This document shows, one piece after another, positions 59,707 through 64,000 of a stretch of DNA of 64,000 nucleotides. A model generated the notes under the pieces. That model was not told the origin of the DNA, did not search any database, and saw only the letters and a program-made list of their open reading frames with translations. Position 1 is the stretch's first letter. Each line of letters opens with the position of its first letter. This DNA is from the human T2T-CHM13v2.0 reference genome, Homo sapiens. Where the stretch lies: assembly GCF_009914755.1 (NCBI RefSeq), contig NC_060947.1. One strand, written 5' to 3'. The position numbers were made by a program, and so were the translations under genes.

Positions 59707-60399
59707 TTATTGCAGCAGTATTCACAATAGCAAAGACTTGGAACCAACCCAAATGTCCAACAATGATAGACTGGATTAAGAAAATGTGGCACATATACAC
59801 CATGGAATACTATGCAGCCATAAAAAATGATGAGTTCATGTCCTTTGTAGGGACATGGATGAAGCTGGAAACCATCATTCTCAGCAAACTATCCCAAGGA
59901 CAAAAAACCAAACACTGCATGTTCTCACTCATAGGTGGGAATTGAACAGTGAGAACACATGGACACAGGAAGGGGAACATCACACACCAGTGCCTGTTGT
60001 GGGGTGGGGGGAGGGGGAAGGATAGCATTAGGAGATATAGCTAATGTTAAATGACGAGTTGATGGGTGCAGCACACCAACACGGCACATGTGTACATATG
60101 TAACAAACCTGCACATTGTGCACATGTACCCTAAAACTTAAAGTATAATACAAAAAAAGAAAACCTATATTCTAAACAGTCATGATCATTTTCCATTCCT
60201 TAAATGTGCCTTGCAGTTGTTCTTTACCCTACCTATTCTCCTAAAATCCCACCCAGCTCAAGTGCTGACTCTATTACCATACCTCAATGTCAGAAGGGAT
60301 CCTTTGCTTTTCTGTGCTTCCATATGTGGATGCTACTTATCAGCATATTATGTCTTGTTCAACCTGTCATCGTCTGTGGACTATTCCCCCTCCTATGCT

Positions 60400-61170
60400 C
60401 TCCATTTCAGTAAATGACATTACCCTCTACCCAATTGCTCAAGCTGGAGGCCTTGAAGTCATTCCTTTCTGTTCCCTATACCAATATTGAGTTAATCACA
60501 AAGCCCTGTCATCTTTAGCTCCCCAATTTATCCTGTATATGTCCACTTTAATTCTTCCACTGAACTGCTACACAGATCACCCTGTGTCTCCTTGTTCCAC
60601 CATGCAATCCATTTTTTACCTACCGGCCGCTTTTAGATCTGGTACTGCTCCTTGTAAAATCCTTTGGTGGTTTTCCATAGCCCTCAGATTAAAGCCTAGA
60701 ATGTCAACATGTTAATACAAGATATGTGGTACCCATGCCCACTTCTCCAGCCTCATCTCTTCCTACTTTTTAATTTGCGTCCTTTGCTTTAGCTGTACTG
60801 GATTTCAGTTCCTTGAATGCATCTGTCTCACTATTGCATGCTTTTGCTTGCCGATTTTAATTGCCTCTCACTTCTCTGGATCTTCACACATGCTATGGAG
60901 TGAAGCCTACACTGCCTGCAATACTCTTCCTTCTAGGAAACATACCTTAAGGCTCTAAGTTTCAGTTTGGGTGCGCCGTAGCAGAGTACCTTTCCTTTAC
61001 CATAGCACTCACCACATTATATTGCAATTTCTTGTTTAACTGATTTCCTTTCTAACTAGACTATATGAACCATGAGGCCATGGATCATCTTTATGTTGCT
61101 CACCATTGCATTCAAACTGTCAGCTCTGGCACATAGTAGGTACTCAATAAATGTAATCTGTATGAATCAA
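60400..61170 (+). mobile_element. L2 3' region
   Basis: ctacccaattgctcaagctgga...ctagactatatgaaccatgagg...ctggcacatagtaggtactcaataaatg. Confidence 0.75.
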
Positions 61171-61356
61171 AATATCATACTACATTTCCTCTTATACTGT
61201 TGAGACTTTCATATTTGTGGTATTTCCTTGATTCTATTACAAATTCCTATAAGTGGAAGGCAGTCTTTTATAATTACTACCATTTTATAGCACCACACAC
61301 ATAGGCTGCTGGTAAATATTTGATAAATAGATGAATAATCTATTTTTTTCTTACAG

Positions 61357-61364
61357 GGTCGCGG
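61357..61364 (+). other. Candidate 8-nt microexon
   Basis: tatttttttcttacag|GGTCGCGG|gtaaga; no transcript evidence available. Confidence 0.35.
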
Positions 61365-61638
61365 GTAAGAATTAGAGTGCATATTTGTAATAAACATAGA
61401 ATGCAGCACAACAAAATAGGCTATACAATCTAAGAAGTTTGGACTAATACTAGTATTGATTGTTTATAGCCTAAAAGGTGCCCCCCACCACCGTAAAATA
61501 CCTGCTTTAAATTGGGAAATACTCTATGGTTTCATCAAGGTTAAATACGATTTTACAAATAGGGATTCTGATACATTTCAAGGTAATAAAAAATGTAAAA
61601 ATCTTAAAATGACTTGTGATGCCTTGACTGCTGTGGGG

Positions 61639-61682
61639 TGTGTGTGTATGTGTGTGTGTATGTGTGTGTGTGTGTGTGTGTG
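61639..61682. repeat. (TG)n microsatellite, interrupted
   Basis: Direct reading. Confidence 0.92.
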
Positions 61683-62088
61683 GTTTGTTTCTTGGGGGCT
61701 GAACTCAGCTGGAGTTTCCATGAAGTTATGGGTAGGGTGATAGATTTACATTGAAATATTTCACTTTATCCAAAAGTTAGTTCAGTTTTTCTTAATGGGA
61801 GATTTTTTCAATTGAGAATATATTTTTGCACTTCATGTTTATTGATTCTCTTTCCAACATCCAGAACATACAGCAATATCATCAGTCATAGATAGTTCAT
61901 ATTGCACATAATGGGCTCTAATATCAGTCTGTTTGTATATATCATAATACCTGAATTGTTCAACAAAATATCTCATAAGGCAGGAAGCTTCTTTTCTGTT
62001 TTCTGTTTTTGATAGACTCAACCTAAATGGATAATGTTCTTTGTAAAAGGTGAGCAAAACATCAGCACTGGTGATATTTATTTTACAG

Positions 62089-62205
62089 GATGTGCCACAA
62101 GCCTGGCTCACTCCTCTTACTTAGAAGGGCATTACCTGCTGAGACCATTTGGATTTGTTGAGTCCAGTGCAAACTGAAACAGTGACCTATGTGAATGACA
62201 GCCAG
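62089..62205 (+). other. Candidate 117-nt non-coding exon
   Basis: atttattttacag|GATGTG...GCCAG|gtaaat; stops in all three frames. Confidence 0.25.
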
Positions 62206-62589
62206 GTAAATGTCAGAGGACAATGCCAAAAAGACATATTAAGTTCAGGAGTTGAAATTGTGGTAAGCATTAGTGCCCATCCTCAAAGAAGTCTTCTCTG
62301 ACTTTCCTGTGCAAGGCAGTTTCCTCTCTCCCCAATTTATGATGCTATATCAAACTCAACAAACCTTGGTAATGGATTGAATGATGTGGGTGAAGGAACA
62401 GAAGGAAGAATCAAGAATGTCTTGGCCCTAGGATTATTATCTGGCTCACGGTAAGCTCTAAATAAATATCTGTTGAAAGAAAAAATAGCTGGGAATAATA
62501 CACATTTTGTCACCCTCAGCCACACTATGCAGACTATAAAATTGATGCTTGTTTACATCATTAGGTGGCCATATTTACATTAAAACCAC

Positions 62590-62815
62590 AGTTTTAAGAG
62601 CCAAAAAATCCTGGGTTCAAATCCTGACTTCACCATTTGAGCTATGAGACATTAGGAGAGTTACTTAACTGAGTCTTTCTTTCTCTTCTTATAAAAAGGA
62701 AATCATCTCATACCACCCTCACAAGATGATGGTGAAGATTAGATGAGATAATACATTTATCGTACTTAGAAGAATACCTGGCAGAAAGTATTCGTAGAGG
62801 GTAGTTATCATTGTT
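62590..62815 (+). mobile_element. MIR
   Basis: cctgggttcaaatcctgacttcacca...gaagattagatgagataatac...cttagaagaatacctggca. Confidence 0.78.
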
Positions 62816-63360
62816 GTCAGAATGTAATGTACTTAAGTGTCTTGAAAATAGTAAATATTCAATAATTGTTATCTAAAAGTATTATAATTATCACTACCAT
62901 AATAGTTTTATAGTAAATTATTTTCAGTAGAATGCTTATGGTGACAAAAATTACACTTTTTCATATTATTGCACACAAATTTTTAGTCTTAATTTCAGTA
63001 ATTGTTATTTCTTAAAATATTTGGTATAGACATGGGATATCTTTTTATTTAAATCAATAAAGGGAATGGTTGTTGCTCTTATAATTTATGCAAATTGTTC
63101 ATAAATGAATAAATTAAAGCATTTATTTGTACTAACTCTGGTAGTTTGCTAAAAAAAAAATCAGGACAGGCTAAAAGAAGATATGGATATAACGGCTGCA
63201 TTGTTTTTGCTTTTTTTGATAAACCATATTTCAAATTCATTCACAGACATTTTCGCTTTCATGAATCCAAGATATCTTCTCTAGTTTCTAAAAGTATATA
63301 TACACATATACACACACAAGGTATACATATACTCACACATTCACAATATTAAAATGTTTG

Positions 63361-63531
63361 GGCTAGGTGTGGTGGCTCATACCTGTAATTCCAGTAATTT
63401 GGGAGGCCAAGGCATGAGGAGCTAGAGGAGGCTGAGTTGATAGGATTGCTTGAGCCCAAGAGTTTGAGGCTGCAGTGAGCTATGATTGCACCACTGCACT
63501 CCAGCACCTGGATGACAGAGCAATATCCTAT

Positions 63532-63564
<33 letters not shown>
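63361..63564 (+). mobile_element. AluJ-type element with internal deletion, A29 tail
   Basis: First ~60 nt of left arm joined to right arm; TSD aaaatgtttg/aaaaagtttg. Confidence 0.85.
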
Positions 63565-63568
<4 letters not shown>

Positions 63569-63890
63569 GCTGCCTGCTGCTGCCTAGGACCACAATGGAG
63601 AATGGAGAATAGTTGAAGAAAGTGCAGTACAGAAGTTTAGGCAAGTGGTAATTGTTGTTGGTATCCATAGATTGAGCCAATGCAAATTTGCAGGCTTTAG
63701 AAAGATACCTCTGCTGTTCTCCAGATTTATTTTCTAATTTCACCTTATATGTTTTTTTTCCTACACGTTTTTCTTTTACTGTCTCATAAATTTTATGTCA
63801 GTATGCTATGACTGGATATCTAGGAGGAAACAAAATTGCATTGTTAAAAAGTTCAGTCTTTTTTTTTTTTTTTCTTGAAAATGAGCTGCT

Positions 63891-64000
63891 AACTGGGCAC
63901 AGTGGCTCACGCCTGTAATCCCAGCACTCTGGAAGGCCGAGGCAGGCAGGTCACTTGAGCTCAGGAGTTCAAGACCAGCATGGTGAACATAGTAAAACCT
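63891..64000 (+). mobile_element. Alu 5' part (cut by window end)
   Basis: ctgggcacagtggctcacgcctgtaatcccagcac... Confidence 0.92.

Overview
AT-rich, CpG-depleted primate (human/great-ape-like) genomic DNA, roughly half interspersed repeats: Alu J/S/Y, L1 of several ages, L2, MIR, MaLR/ERV1/ERVL LTRs, hAT and Tigger DNA-transposon relics, and microsatellites. No host protein-coding gene can be supported; the only ORFs with recognisable protein are L1 ORF2 fragments. All 9 independent LTR insertions lie on the minus strand, which suggests a long intron of a plus-strand gene, and a few plus-strand exon candidates have strong splice signals (notably an 8-nt one at 61357-61364). The most unusual structures are: a nested stack at 4411-10642 (ancient 5'-inverted L1 > two-LTR ERV1 provirus with a tRNA-Arg PBS > MSTA plus an internally deleted or possibly spliced L1); two more twin-primed L1s of different ages; an AluSp-L1PA7 chimera under one TSD; a ~150-bp inverted duplication of unrecognised sequence with a third short copy; and a diverged ~130-bp direct repeat. 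Repeat subfamily names come from recalled consensus sequences, not a database search, and the boundaries of old repeats are approximate. I found no convincing wholly new biological system.
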